Under the pieces are notes generated by a model. That model was not told the DNA's origin. It saw only the letters and a list, made by a program, of their open reading frames with translations, and ran no database searches. Below are positions 19,363-31,243 of a stretch of DNA of 64,000 nt, piece by piece. Source of the DNA: Andalucia godoyi And28 (Eukaryota > Protista > Jakobida). Position numbers and translations under genes: made by a program. Each line of letters begins with the position of its first letter. Within the stretch, counting starts at the first letter, position 1. The stretch is taken from assembly GCA_009859145.1 (NCBI GenBank), contig VRVR01000048.1, forward strand, positions 103,763 to 167,762, read 5' to 3'.

Positions 19363-21621
19363 ATGAAAATGGAAGACCGTTTGCAGTCCTCCCACGCAGT
19401 TTATACCTTGGCAGTGCGAGAATCTGTCTCCTCCTCCGTTTTCATTCTGCATGCAGTTAATCCCGGCTCTGTGCAGCCGCCCTCTGGCTCCACAGGAACG
19501 TCCATTGACTGTCAGCCATTGCTGCCTCACATTGAGCCACTGCTGGATGCTTCCAGTAAGGCTGTTCTCCCGTTTCCTCCGTATGTTGTGAAGGACGGCG
19601 TCTTCATTGCATCGCATCTGCGTGAACTGTTTCTTCTGCGTCATGCAAAGGAGAGTGATGTTATGCAAGAAATCAACAAACTGCGAACGTCGGTTGTTAT
19701 TGGACATTCCAAGTTGTCCCAACAGGAGTTCTTATCAATGGTTACCGCTCTACTCGACAAATGGGCCATGTCCGCATCAGACTTGAAAACAGTGATCGAG
19801 CCGACTATTCCATTTTTTGCCTCGTTTCGTCGAAGTGTTGCAGATCGTCTGAAATCTATTTCTGAAATTCATGTATCTTCTGATGAACTTGGTGACACCC
19901 TTTTATTCTACGAATGGATACGATTTGCTCGTGGTTTCCAGTATGTGGCGTACGCCTCGAACAAGCAACCGTGGTGTTCTGCATCTTCCGAAAGAGAGCT
20001 TGAAGAAATGCGGATCAGCTGGAATTCTCTGGAGGTCAGTATTGAGCAAGAAAAAGAAAGAGAACTGTCATTGTCTACATCAATGATAAGAAGTCTTGAT
20101 GAAGAGATCTCAGAAGTGCAACAATCAACGTCGAATTTCTTGTGTCTTATGGAACAAAAACGAGAGCTGCTAGAGTACCAGGTACGTTTGGATCGACTGT
20201 CGAAAGTCGAAATGAGGCTGGCCGAAATGAAGTCCCTGCGTGCTGAAAAAGAAGCAAAGCTGCAGTCTTTTCGAAATCGACTGGAAACGATGATGATAGA
20301 TCACGCAGAACCGCCTCCTTTCCCTTTATCTCGGAACGTTTCGGAAAACAGAGATGTTCTCATCAATCTCAGAAACGAATTGGAAACGAAGGAACATCAT
20401 CTGTTTTCTGAGATTTCCAGAGAAGAAAGGGCAGACAATGAAGTTGTTCGTCTGCTATTGGAGGAATCGAAGGACGTTGAAATAGAGAATCTCTATGAGC
20501 GTCCGAAAGTGATAGAAAACGGCCCAGCGAAAGCGTCCGCAGGAAGCACGGGCATTTCCAGGCCAGCGATTCCTATCCAGGCACGCACTGGTGCAGCAGG
20601 CAATGCCTTCAAGAACGCAATCCCCTCGGCTTCCGATTCTCTCTGCAGGGATACTTCTGATTCCGAAGGCTGTCGATTGGAAGGCTTTCAGACGATGAGT
20701 GGTCATGACGATCTTGCTGACACTGCGAATGGCATGGATTTCGATGACTCGATTGATGAGCTGCTTGTGCCCGAACCGATGCCTGTTGAACGGGTTCCCG
20801 TTCCCATCGGAATCAACAGTGTTGTGGAGAACGTGGGCGTTGGTGATGATTCGGATGTGGAGGGCTCCCACCTGCACGAAGACGAAGAGTATTTTTACGC
20901 TGTAGACTATCAAGATGGAGAGCTCGAAGAGGCCCCTCAACCTCTGCCCGAGATGAATCTAGAGATGTGGACAGGGGAGCCGCAGAATCCGGTGGTGGAG
21001 TTCGGTCAAAAAATGGCACGAATAAGAGCAGCTAAACTCGCTAAGCAACGGAAAGAAGATGCTCAAGCTGCGATTCGAGAGAGGGAAGCTCGGCGAGAAA
21101 AATTGCAAAGCCTAGAAGAGGAAAGAAAGAAACTGGCGCACACAAGGTCGCGTGTGTCCACTGACTTTCCTGCTGTCCCTTCCCAATCTATACCGTCTCG
21201 CAGACGCAGTTCTATTTCTCGGCCAATTGCTGACACGGACCATGCTCAGTCAATTGCCTGGAAAGAAAGCGTACATGATTTGGGGAGCTCAAGGACGTCG
21301 TCGATGTCAGATGAATATAATCCAGAAAGCGTGACTTTCTCTGCAGAAGAGGCTAGACGAAAGGCTGCCTTGAGAGCATCTGAAGGCCTCAAAAAACTGA
21401 AGTCGCAGAAGGAAGCCGAAGAACTGCAGAAACAGAGAAAGAGAGACGAACAGTTTCGGAGACGGGATGAAAAGCTGAAGGAATTCTTGGAAAGGCAAAA
21501 GAATAAGGACCAAGACCTAATCTTCCCCGGGAGACAATCCTCTCGATCTGCCGTCGTGGAATTGGAGCGTCCTGCTTGGGACAGTCGACCCGCAACTGCA
21601 GTGAGGAAACCGGATGGATAA
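19363..21621 (+). CDS. Hypothetical coiled-coil protein
   Basis: 752-aa ATG-initiated ORF with E/K/R-rich helical stretches; no recognised domain. Confidence 0.8.
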   Translation: MKMEDRLQSSHAVYTLAVRESVSSSVFILHAVNPGSVQPPSGSTGTSIDCQPLLPHIEPLLDASSKAVLPFPPYVVKDGVFIASHLRELFLLRHAKESDVMQEINKLRTSVVIGHSKLSQQEFLSMVTALLDKWAMSASDLKTVIEPTIPFFASFRRSVADRLKSISEIHVSSDELGDTLLFYEWIRFARGFQYVAYASNKQPWCSASSERELEEMRISWNSLEVSIEQEKERELSLSTSMIRSLDEEISEVQQSTSNFLCLMEQKRELLEYQVRLDRLSKVEMRLAEMKSLRAEKEAKLQSFRNRLETMMIDHAEPPPFPLSRNVSENRDVLINLRNELETKEHHLFSEISREERADNEVVRLLLEESKDVEIENLYERPKVIENGPAKASAGSTGISRPAIPIQARTGAAGNAFKNAIPSASDSLCRDTSDSEGCRLEGFQTMSGHDDLADTANGMDFDDSIDELLVPEPMPVERVPVPIGINSVVENVGVGDDSDVEGSHLHEDEEYFYAVDYQDGELEEAPQPLPEMNLEMWTGEPQNPVVEFGQKMARIRAAKLAKQRKEDAQAAIREREARREKLQSLEEERKKLAHTRSRVSTDFPAVPSQSIPSRRRSSISRPIADTDHAQSIAWKESVHDLGSSRTSSMSDEYNPESVTFSAEEARRKAALRASEGLKKLKSQKEAEELQKQRKRDEQFRRRDEKLKEFLERQKNKDQDLIFPGRQSSRSAVVELERPAWDSRPATAVRKPDG

Positions 21622-21867
21622 ACACAGGAACAGGATTCGTGAGTCATGATTCCGTATGTCCATATGTCTGTACGCAGAAAACTGCCTTTTTGGGAAGTGA
21701 TTTGATGAATCACGAATGCATCTCGTTGCGGCGAATGCTTCGTGATGATGCTCCGAATGTCCGAATCTGCAAGTCTTCGTTTGCTTTTTATCTGGTCTGC
21801 AAGAACGTCGTCTCGGTGGTGTGGATACACACCTGGACTAGATCAAGTCTTCAAGCAAACTGCTCAG

Positions 21868-24800
21868 ATGAAGTGCATTATTCTTTTGACGCTTTTTTGT
21901 GTATATACATTCTCATTCGGCAGTTGCTTGGACGTCAGTGCGCATACGCGTCGATTAGAAACGGCATTACCAGCATTTTCTTTTGGAGAATTTCCGCTTC
22001 TTTACAAATCTCCGGGAGCAGAAACGTTGTGTAAATCTGTCGGAGTTCTGAATGTCTCTTACCCAACTTATTATGATCTGCGCAAGCTGGTGTCGTTCGT
22101 CCAAGGAAACACTCTTGAGGTTTACTATGACCCGTTTGTACAATGTTTCGGTATGTGTCTGCGCAGTTCAATCTGGAACCAAATGTTGGAGAATCTTCGC
22201 CACTACTTACATCGAAAAAAGCCCAGTCTTCTCTTCGAATTCCTCATGCTCTCCTCTGAAGTTATCGAGCAGGAAAGCCGAGTGTGCACTGCTCTCTGGA
22301 TCTCCTGTGTTGGCATCCTCCCCGCCTCTGTCGTTCTTTTCGGGACTGGTGTCCGTCTCAGGGTCGCTGGCTTCGTTTTCCGTCAAGTTTAACGCTTATA
22401 ATGAATCTGGCAACACACAGTCTAAAAACCTCGTGAAAGACATGCTGCTTGCTGCCGACGATGTGGTAACTAAGCTGGTATGTCCTTTGCTGCAGTCGTC
22501 TTTTCTTCTCTTTTCGCGGCCCCTCACGTGGATAGAACACTAAAGTTCTTTTGCAGAGCAAAATCGTCGTTACCGATATATATGCCCATTCTTTGCATGT
22601 GCAGCAGCTCTGGAGTCGATCGTTATCAGGAATGGCGCCGCCTTCATCTCTGTCATCTCGTTTGTCCGACCTGGAGTTTCAGCACGTCAATTTTTCAACG
22701 ACAGCGGTGAACGTGAATGGCTTGGCCGTTTTGTCTGACAGCAGAAATCGATCCAAGAGAGCAATGGAACTGACGAAACTGCGAATTCGATTCCTGGACA
22801 ATTTCGTGTTAAGTGACGCTGATTTGTTCACGATATTGTCACATGAAATTGAGAACGCCGTTGGCTATGCCGCACTGAGTCGCATCTATCGAGATGTCGT
22901 CGGACACGTATTGCTCAGCAATCACCAACAGGCAGAAGAAGAGACGCAACAATGGGAGAAACAGCTGCTTATCGATCTCCTAACTTCGGTCAAGACGCTG
23001 AATTCAACACATCTGAACTGCTTCGTCCGGGAGTTGTCGAAAGAAGAATTCCCATCGCCCTCCTCCTGTCGCCTGACATCCGCCGAGAACCGATCATACG
23101 TGGATTTCACGTTGTCGGAAATGCACGACAAAGGCAACGGTCTAAAGGTCATCCGAATGGCGTCGAACCCTCAGACAAACTCAACGGAGTTGTTGGTTTC
23201 CGCGCGAGCAGTTCGCCTGACTGCGAAGGGGCTGAATTTTAGCGTTTGCCAGATTGCGGATCTGGTACCCATAACGAGCCTACTTAATGACTCGTTGATG
23301 TTCCAAACGGAAGTCGACGATCGAATGGTTTCCAAGAACTCTTCTTTTGTTCCATTTCCATACAATCGGTCAACAGCCGTGTGCTCGCCAGGATTTTACG
23401 ATTCAAGTTCTTGCAAAAACTGCCCAAATGGATCTTTCTGTCCCGGAGATGATCTTCGTCACCTTTGTTCCAATGGACTGCCGCGAGGAGCAGTGAAGTT
23501 CTCGCGAGAAAATGAGACGTCGCCTGGTTGCCGGTTTGACTGTTCTTCTGAGTCGGATATCGTTGTGTTCGACGGAATGGCAATTGTGGATTCCGAATAC
23601 GGGTTGTGGGGCCTGGACAATTCGAAATGGATCCACGGAAAATGTTCTGCTGTTCCAGCAGGGTTTCGCAAAACGTCCTTCAATAACTTCTCGAGATGCG
23701 ATATTCTGGATGGCTACAATCAAACGTTCTTGGCTTTCCAAAATGGCGCTGCTCCTTGTTTGCTCGATGTGCTGTATCAGAGCGTGTTGAAGGGACCGTT
23801 AGTTCAGCGGTTCTATCGGCAGATGTGGAGCGGAAGTGGTTGTCTCTCTGTTGCACTTTCAGTCCATGCGAATGGTTCCAGGACCAATGAAAGTATGCTG
23901 ATTTTGTCCGGAGAATCGTTGTTTCGTCTTGGTATTCGGTCAGTAGCTGAAGGCATGTTTTCAGTCATTTTGGAGTTTGGACGTGTGGATGCACCATCCG
24001 AGATGTCAGAATCCGAGAATTTTCCTTTGCTAATGCTGAAGGATATAATTCTTTCACTGTGTTTCAATATTGAAGCCAATCAAGCATTCGTGTTTTCGGG
24101 ATCCTCACTGCTTCTTTCCGCTTGGTACGATCCTGAAGTACTATTCCACGATAATGCCACACGGTCATACGGCGAATCTCCGTTATTCATTGGGGGCTCC
24201 CTTCTGCGTTCTGTTGCAACTCAAAGAATTCTTCCATCAGGAGTGGGATTGCTTCCTGTGGCCGAGTTTGTGCCATTGCAAGGCGTCGTGCGTCGTGTCA
24301 GTTGGAATAACATTCAGCAGTTTCTTCCCGTTTTTCGAGATGTTCCCAATATTGCTAGGGTGCCACATCAATTGGATTGTTCGGCGCAACAGTATCGCGT
24401 GTTTCGATCAGAAGTGCTGAAAGAGCTCAAAATTTACTTTTCTTCTCCGCTTTCCGGAATTCACTGCGAAGGCATATTCATCGGAGAACCAGGCGATTGG
24501 ACTGCATTTGATCGCTCTACACCATTCGAACTGACCTTCGGAACGTCATTCTCTCATATGTCTGTTCGATGCAGCGCATCGGTATTCATCCAATCAGACA
24601 TTCTCTCCGTGTCCACGTGGCTTGCATTTCCGTCATTCGATAATGTATCCTATGCCACTCCTGGGACGGCCTTCAATCTTTCCGAGGTACAGTTTGTTCT
24701 GATTGATTCTTCCATGTCAACGTTGTCAACGACGTCACCCCTTTTTCAGTGCGCATTGTGTCCACAGAACGCAAACAATTCTGTGTTACCGCGGACATCC

Positions 24801-26426
24801 GTGGCACATTGTGACTGCCCGCATTGGTCAGACGCGTCATATTTGAACTGTTCTTCCGCTGGGCCCAATCATAATATGTTGCCTACACTGGTATCCGATG
24901 TCGATAACCAGTTGTATTCTTCGCTGTATTCGGATGGGCTGTCGCCCTTGTTCCCAAAAGACGGACTCGCGCATTTTAGCACATCAAATTCCTCAATCTG
25001 TTTGCTGCATGTTTGGAAATATTCAGAAGCTGGAGATTTCGTTTTCTCTGGCCCAGAGATCGAGCTGACATTCGATGTGGCAGGAATTACAAGGGTCGTC
25101 GCTATTGCTGGGTGCCCTCCCTCACGATTTACGCGTCGAAGAGAATGGACGTTTAGAGTTGCGCCAGTTCTACGCAATCTCGAGGTTCTTCCTCATCCGG
25201 GAGAAGTCTCCAGAACGAAGCAGCATCTCGTGGTCGTGAAGGGCCTGTCCTCGGCCTCGAGCGAGTCTTGGCGCCTCCTCTCCGTTTTCGAATATCAAGT
25301 TCGATACATTCTTTACGATTCAGTCTTGAGTTTTCGAACAGCAGATCCGGGTTGGATGTCCGATACGTCGGGATCAATCTATGACCAGTACAATCCGCCG
25401 AATGTGACCTTCAATAACGTTCTCGTTCTCCGAGCATTCGGCCGTGGATATTTTCCAAGTCAGCAGTTGGTTGTACGATACGATCAACCCTACAATGTTG
25501 ACGCTTCTGGGACTGTCATGGTGGCAAGTCCTTCAAACCAATCCCTGAGCAATGTGTCGACAGCAGCATCGCAGGACACGGTATCGAGTGGTCTCGATGA
25601 TGTAGAAGCGTTCTGCAGTGCATACGAAGCCGTTTGCTTTGTCCCTCCATTCGCAATTCTGATTGCAGTGAGCGGCATTGTACTGCTGGTTTGTCGAAGA
25701 AAGTCGGGGAGACAGAAGAAGAAGCAACAAGCGATGTCAGTGTTTGCCGCAGGAAACGGGCGCAGATCCAGAAGTCCTCAAATCCATTTCAAAATCAAGC
25801 ATGCGGTACAAGAACCTGCGGTCCAGCGGACTGGAAAACGCAAAGAAGTCCCATCGTGTAATGCGCCGGAACGGGGCAACCATCCGCCCCCTGAGGACGA
25901 ATGCCAACTCAACTCCCACAAAGACGCTATTCAACCGCAGAACGACTCGAACAGGCTTGAGAAGTACAACGTGCCAATCCCCGCAGAAGAGATGGAGGGC
26001 AGTTCCGCCCTGAAGGAGGGCGATGCAAATGCACCGGACAAGGACTCGCATCTGCCACCTCCATTTTGCATCGAAGAAGAGAATCCTGCAGGTCCAGTAT
26101 CCGACAATCCTCGTTGTGCAGTAACAGTATCGGTATTCGAAGCAGGGGAGATTTCACAAAACCCGGATCTCTTTTGTTCCTCATGCGGAACATCCGCACA
26201 GGATGGAATCCCATCTCAAGACGTGGTCGAACCCCCTCTCTCTATCCGGGATTCATCTTCTTTGCAAACTGAAAGCAGAGTACTGGAGCACACGTCAAAA
26301 GATCTGCACTCTTCGGCTTGTCCGGACGAAAACTTCCACACTGGATCTTCCTTGGGGACGTCATCCTCTGCGGAAATGTCTGAGATACAATTGGTGAGAA
26401 GCAGACTGCGAAAAGTCAACCGATAG
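21868..26426 (+). CDS. Large type I surface membrane protein with Cys-rich (GCC2/GCC3-like) repeats; probably 3 exons
   Basis: Signal peptide MKCIILLTLFCVY at 21868; probable GTATGT introns near 22151 and 22478-22556; CSPGFY..CKNCPNGSFCPG motif; TM FAILIAVSGIVLLVC followed by RRK. Confidence 0.75.
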
Positions 26427-28863
26427 AGCCAAGGTCAACCGATTCAGGGTAAAAATGATAGTGCAAATTGAACAGTCGCGAATGAGCTGTCATTAGCCGG
26501 ATATCTTCTTCCTTCGTCTTTGTTTAAGAAACATCATCAATACTGTGCTTCTGCTTGGATAACCAGTCACTCCAAAGAATGTGCCAACAACGACATATGG
26601 AATCCAACTTGCACACTGCCAACACCAGGAATGCCAGTCAACCAACTCGGATGCAATGATCGGGACACCGGGGCTCAGGATCCCACGATAAATTTGATCG
26701 AACAATAAGACAGCTGTCTCTGCCAGATACGAATCACTCCAGCATTCGATTTAAAATTACCAATCTGCATGAATAATATGTCAGAAATCATAAATTCAGA
26801 AAAAGCCGAAGCGTTGCAGCACGCATACTGCAATAACTTGACAGAACAATCTAAGTGACTGATCAAAAGGTCTCCGATACACCGTGGAGAAAAGAAACAG
26901 CCGGCACCGACGCCGGTCGATATGCACACAGAGATTGTCGAAGTACAATGCCCTCGATTTCACATCAACAGTCCCTTATCGAATCGGAGAATGTACACAC
27001 TCTTGCATATGCACCTGAGCGAGAAACCTCAGGCTAGACTGTTTGAACAACCTCTCAAGCTCTTCTGAAATGGCCCTATGTGTGACACCGATTCTTTTCG
27101 TATTTTCTCTCTCTTGATAAACCAGAATGTTCTTTCCGTATGCGACACACCTCAATGAACTTCTGTTCATCAGGCTTTCACTGTCGGACCATTTGCAATC
27201 GACTTTCGTGCTTTTAAGTAAGCCTCGATGTTGTTGTGTAATCAACCAAGAAATTTAAAATGTCTCTGATAATCGAGGTTGAAATGGAAAAAGAACAGCT
27301 TACGACCAATACAGACAGACTGCGGTTTCGTTAATCTCTGAAAAATACCCTGTTTTAAAAGTTTCAAGCTTGTAATCGAAGAGTATTTTGACATGACGGT
27401 CCATTCCCATTTATGGTTCTCCGTGTATATGTTGGTTTCCTCAAGCCTCTGGGCTCAGAACATTATCCAACTTGTCATCAATCGATTTAGTCCGTGTTAG
27501 AATGGCCTCTAGAATGACCAGAGACAGCATCCAAATTTCGAAAACCTTGTATTGGTTTTTCCGGGAATAAGTTGATTGGCGTTATTGTTGATTTGGTGAT
27601 ATCATCGTCCATCAAGGCAGTGATCGACGCGACCGGATGGCTTTATTGTTTTTCAAGCTGCACATGTTGTTGAGAAATCGTATCTCTATGGACTGAAATC
27701 AACCCCGGCAGGGTACGACATCGTAATAGTTCGTTGTCATGGACGTAGTGACGTACGTAATGACGTATTTTTATGACGTATGAGGCCACAGAGAAACAGC
27801 ACTCCGACTTCATGTTTAAGGAGTGGTCCGTTTATTTGTTTATTTGTTGGCATTGTTTTTCTCTATAATAAATCCTATTGTCACAAACTATCGTTATTGT
27901 CCCTCGTTTTATCTTATATATCGGATATATTACAGTATTTGTCGTCTGTGACGCTTTCGGAAAAACTCGAAATACGGGTTTCTTCGGAAATCTGCAGTTG
28001 TCCTGTTTTTCAGTACCTTTCCGTCTGATCCTTCTGGGTTTCTTACGCAGATGCGTTTTTGTGTTTGCAGACTTTTTTTTGTTATGTTCAGGTTGGCATA
28101 CGCCATTCTGTCCGAACCAGTTTGCCTGTGTATGTAGCATTATCGTCGGACACACATATTTTCTCGCAGAATATGAGTTTGCGATGTGAAAGATGAGAAT
28201 CATCTTCTGAATGGAACATGCTTTTGCAGCTTCAGTGGATGATTTTGGAACTTTCCTTCACTCCTGACAGAGTTGGATTTCCTTGTCGTCGAATCAACCA
28301 TTCCAGCATGCTGCATGTTGCCGCGTTCCCTCCCGAGAGCTGCATCTGTGAGAGTGTACTGCACCGGCGGCTTTCGAAGAGCGTTATGTGATGTTGATTT
28401 TTCGTTTTTTGCATTTTGCTGATTCTTCTCTTCTCAAGTTTTCGCGAAAGATATTGACAACGCTTACCGGAGGTTGGTTCCACATCATTGATGTGGTGCC
28501 GTGTCGCACGCACGTATTTTATTGCGCATTGGTGAACGGTGCGACATATCTTCTCCGTCGTCGCTCCTTGTCTGCATGAAACGGGCTGATGCTCTCCGAT
28601 CGACCTGCCTTCACCATCCCCATCATTCAGTTGGTTGCAGCTGGCTTTGGACCTGTCGTTTCCTGGTTTGGGTCAGTCTTGACGCTTCTTGGCTGGTCTA
28701 TCTTATTTGAGTCTTCTTTTGTTACTGCGACTCAAGCTTGAGTATCCCTTCTTTTTCCACCACCATTTTCCGCGTTCTTTCTTTGCGGGTTTTCCAATTG
28801 CATTTTTTCTTACCTCGCCGGACTTGCTGATTTGTGTTTGTGAGCTTCAGAAATCTGCGAGCA

Positions 28864-29411
28864 ATGGATGACACTACGCTTCCGTTTATGAAAACGAGCG
28901 CAGGACCACGAGATGAGTCTGCGCTTTGGACACAAAGGCTGAAAGAAGAATACGCTGCACTGATTGGGTACATCAAACAGTGCAAAGAGAAGGATGCGGA
29001 ATGGTTTGCGATTTCTTCGGACCCTTCCGGAATTCATTGGAAAGGAAAATGCTGGACAATGTATGTATTCTTTTAACCAGTTTTTGCTTTGATTTTGAAT
29101 CAATCAATCAGCTTATTTCTTGGCGTAGCTGTGAAATGAAGAAATATGAGTTCGAAATGCACTTTGATCTTCCTGCAACGTATCCGGCTACGAATCCAGA
29201 AGTCATTCTCCCAGAACTCGAGGGTAAAACAGCCAAGATGTACAGAGGTGGAAGAATTTGTTTGAGCGATCATTTCCAGCCATTATGGGCCAGGAATGTT
29301 CCCAATTTTGGCATTGTTCACGTTTTGGCGTTTGGTCTCGGCCCGTATTTGGCATCCGAAGTTCCTTTTCTCGTTTCCGAGGGCAAGATCCTCCCAAAAC
29401 TCTCAAGCTAG
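28864..29411 (+). CDS. UFC1: Ufm1-conjugating enzyme 1, 2 exons (intron 29061-29128)
   Basis: [56 protein letters not shown]. Confidence 0.97.
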
Positions 29412-29588
29412 ATATTGTTGAACTCGTAAACAACAACCGCCACCAACCCAACCCGACCCAACCCACAAATACCACAAAAAAACCACATAAACACAAACAA
29501 ACAAGGATCGACACACAACACACACAGCCTCAACGTGCACAAAGCGCATTTTTACTGAATGCCGTACGAGCTGGGGCACATGCACAAA

Positions 29589-30509
29589 CTACTTTGAAGG
29601 AGGACGGACTTTGATCGCAGTGTACCACCAAACTCCAGCTCCTGCGACAATAAGACCGATTGCGCCTCGGAACGTGAGAGGATTACCAAACACAACAAAT
29701 CCAATGGCGAGCACCAACACTGTCTTGCTGTGGCCGATCACCTGGTAGGTCAACGCTGAGAACTTGCCAATGAGAACAAAAGAACATGCATTCACCAGGA
29801 ATGCCATGCAGCACGACAATAAGAACAGGAAAACAAACATGGGGGATGCAAAGGGTGTTGAGTCAAACCTTGGCAGATCGGTGATCAACGCAGCAATTGC
29901 CGCAATGATAGTTTGATAGTATGAAATGTGTCGTAAGTACAGGAGCGAGCCAACACCATGTGTGGTTTGAGTAGTTTGGACATTGGATTGCGCAACAGTC
30001 GTCGAAATGACTGCCGTTGAAGCACACAGAAACCCAACCATGCTGGTCGACAAGTCTGTAACGAAAATCCCGGCGAGCCCAAGAACAAGCAACACAAGAG
30101 AGGCTAGTGTTTCTTGATTCGGTAGGGAGCCAACAGTGATGAATTGCATCAGACACTGTGAAGGAACCATCAGCAACTTCGTCAGCTGGTAGAAGGAAAC
30201 CGTGTTCGTCTCCAACGTCCAATTCATGGACAAAATCGACAACACTAGCAGCCCGGAATCCGTCAACAAGCGCTTCAGCGGCACGTTGAATGGGGCATTC
30301 GGATCGTAGTATCCAAGACGCGCTGCAAGAACAGTGTAACCCCAAGTCGCCAGCAAATGCGATGTGACAAGAATGTTGTGGAAAGACCAGCCAGGATAGG
30401 AAAACAAAACCTTGTTGATGGACACGAGAGTGACAGACGATAACACTGACATGAATACCCAGAAAATCGCCTGCGCTCGTGGCATTCCACCAGCAGACGG
30501 ATCAGACAT
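29589..30509 (-). CDS. Nucleotide-sugar transporter (TPT/SLC35E family)
   Basis: About 10 TMs; SINKVLF, NTVSFYQLTKLLMVP, IGKFSALTYQVIGHSKTVLVL. Confidence 0.9.
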   Translation of the reverse strand: MSDPSAGGMPRAQAIFWVFMSVLSSVTLVSINKVLFSYPGWSFHNILVTSHLLATWGYTVLAARLGYYDPNAPFNVPLKRLLTDSGLLVLSILSMNWTLETNTVSFYQLTKLLMVPSQCLMQFITVGSLPNQETLASLVLLVLGLAGIFVTDLSTSMVGFLCASTAVISTTVAQSNVQTTQTTHGVGSLLYLRHISYYQTIIAAIAALITDLPRFDSTPFASPMFVFLFLLSCCMAFLVNACSFVLIGKFSALTYQVIGHSKTVLVLAIGFVVFGNPLTFRGAIGLIVAGAGVWWYTAIKVRPPSK

Positions 30510-31243
30510 CTTGACGTGATCAACAAAAAAAAAGAGAACTACAATATGTGAATGACGGAATTCCTTGCTAAGAAGCTTTGTTTTTTACTGCGCGAAGCCT
30601 AAAGTGGGGCGTTTTCCCTATAAAAGGACTTTTGTTTTCAGCCAGGGAAACGCCCAAGCTCTACTTGGTGCCGTAACTACAGTCGCTTCGTTCTTCTTGA
30701 AAATACCGTCTTATGTACTCTTTGTAATTGTGGTTTTCTTCTTCTCTCTTCTTTGCTGTTGCTGCGTGATAAATTGCAAGTAAATAATAAATATTGTTGT
30801 ATGTGAATGTTGGAAAAAGCCGGAACGATGCTGAATGAATTTTCGACATCATCAAAAGCAATTCCTTGAAAACTCTTGCAGTCATCATTGGCCCGCAGGT
30901 CACGGGATCAGAACCAAGCAGGCAAGCAAGAGCTGCGTGTGTCGTTCAAAGAAAAGAAAAAAAGAAAAAGCAGAAATTAAAAAATAAATTAAAATGGAAA
31001 AGAAGTGTGCAGAAACGAAAAAGATAACCCGGTGTGCAAGAAGAGCGACGAGCGCTGCTGGAGCCGGGCGGCTTGAGCCTGGGTGTTGAGGCTGCAAACA
31101 CTGCTGGAGGATGCGAAAGCTGCTGTGTTTCCCCTCCCACAATTCCGCCAAACGCCGAAGCTCTTCGGCTGCAGATGCATTCCTTTTTTGCATCCTGTGT
31201 TTCTGCTTATGACGATTTGAAATTGTGTGGATAGTGGTTCTGA

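Noticed and set aside
21700-21780. SRCGE...CP-like pattern and a TCACGAA/TTCGTGA hairpin
   Set aside because: Cys spacing is too short for the TnpB zinc finger and there are no flanking RuvC motifs
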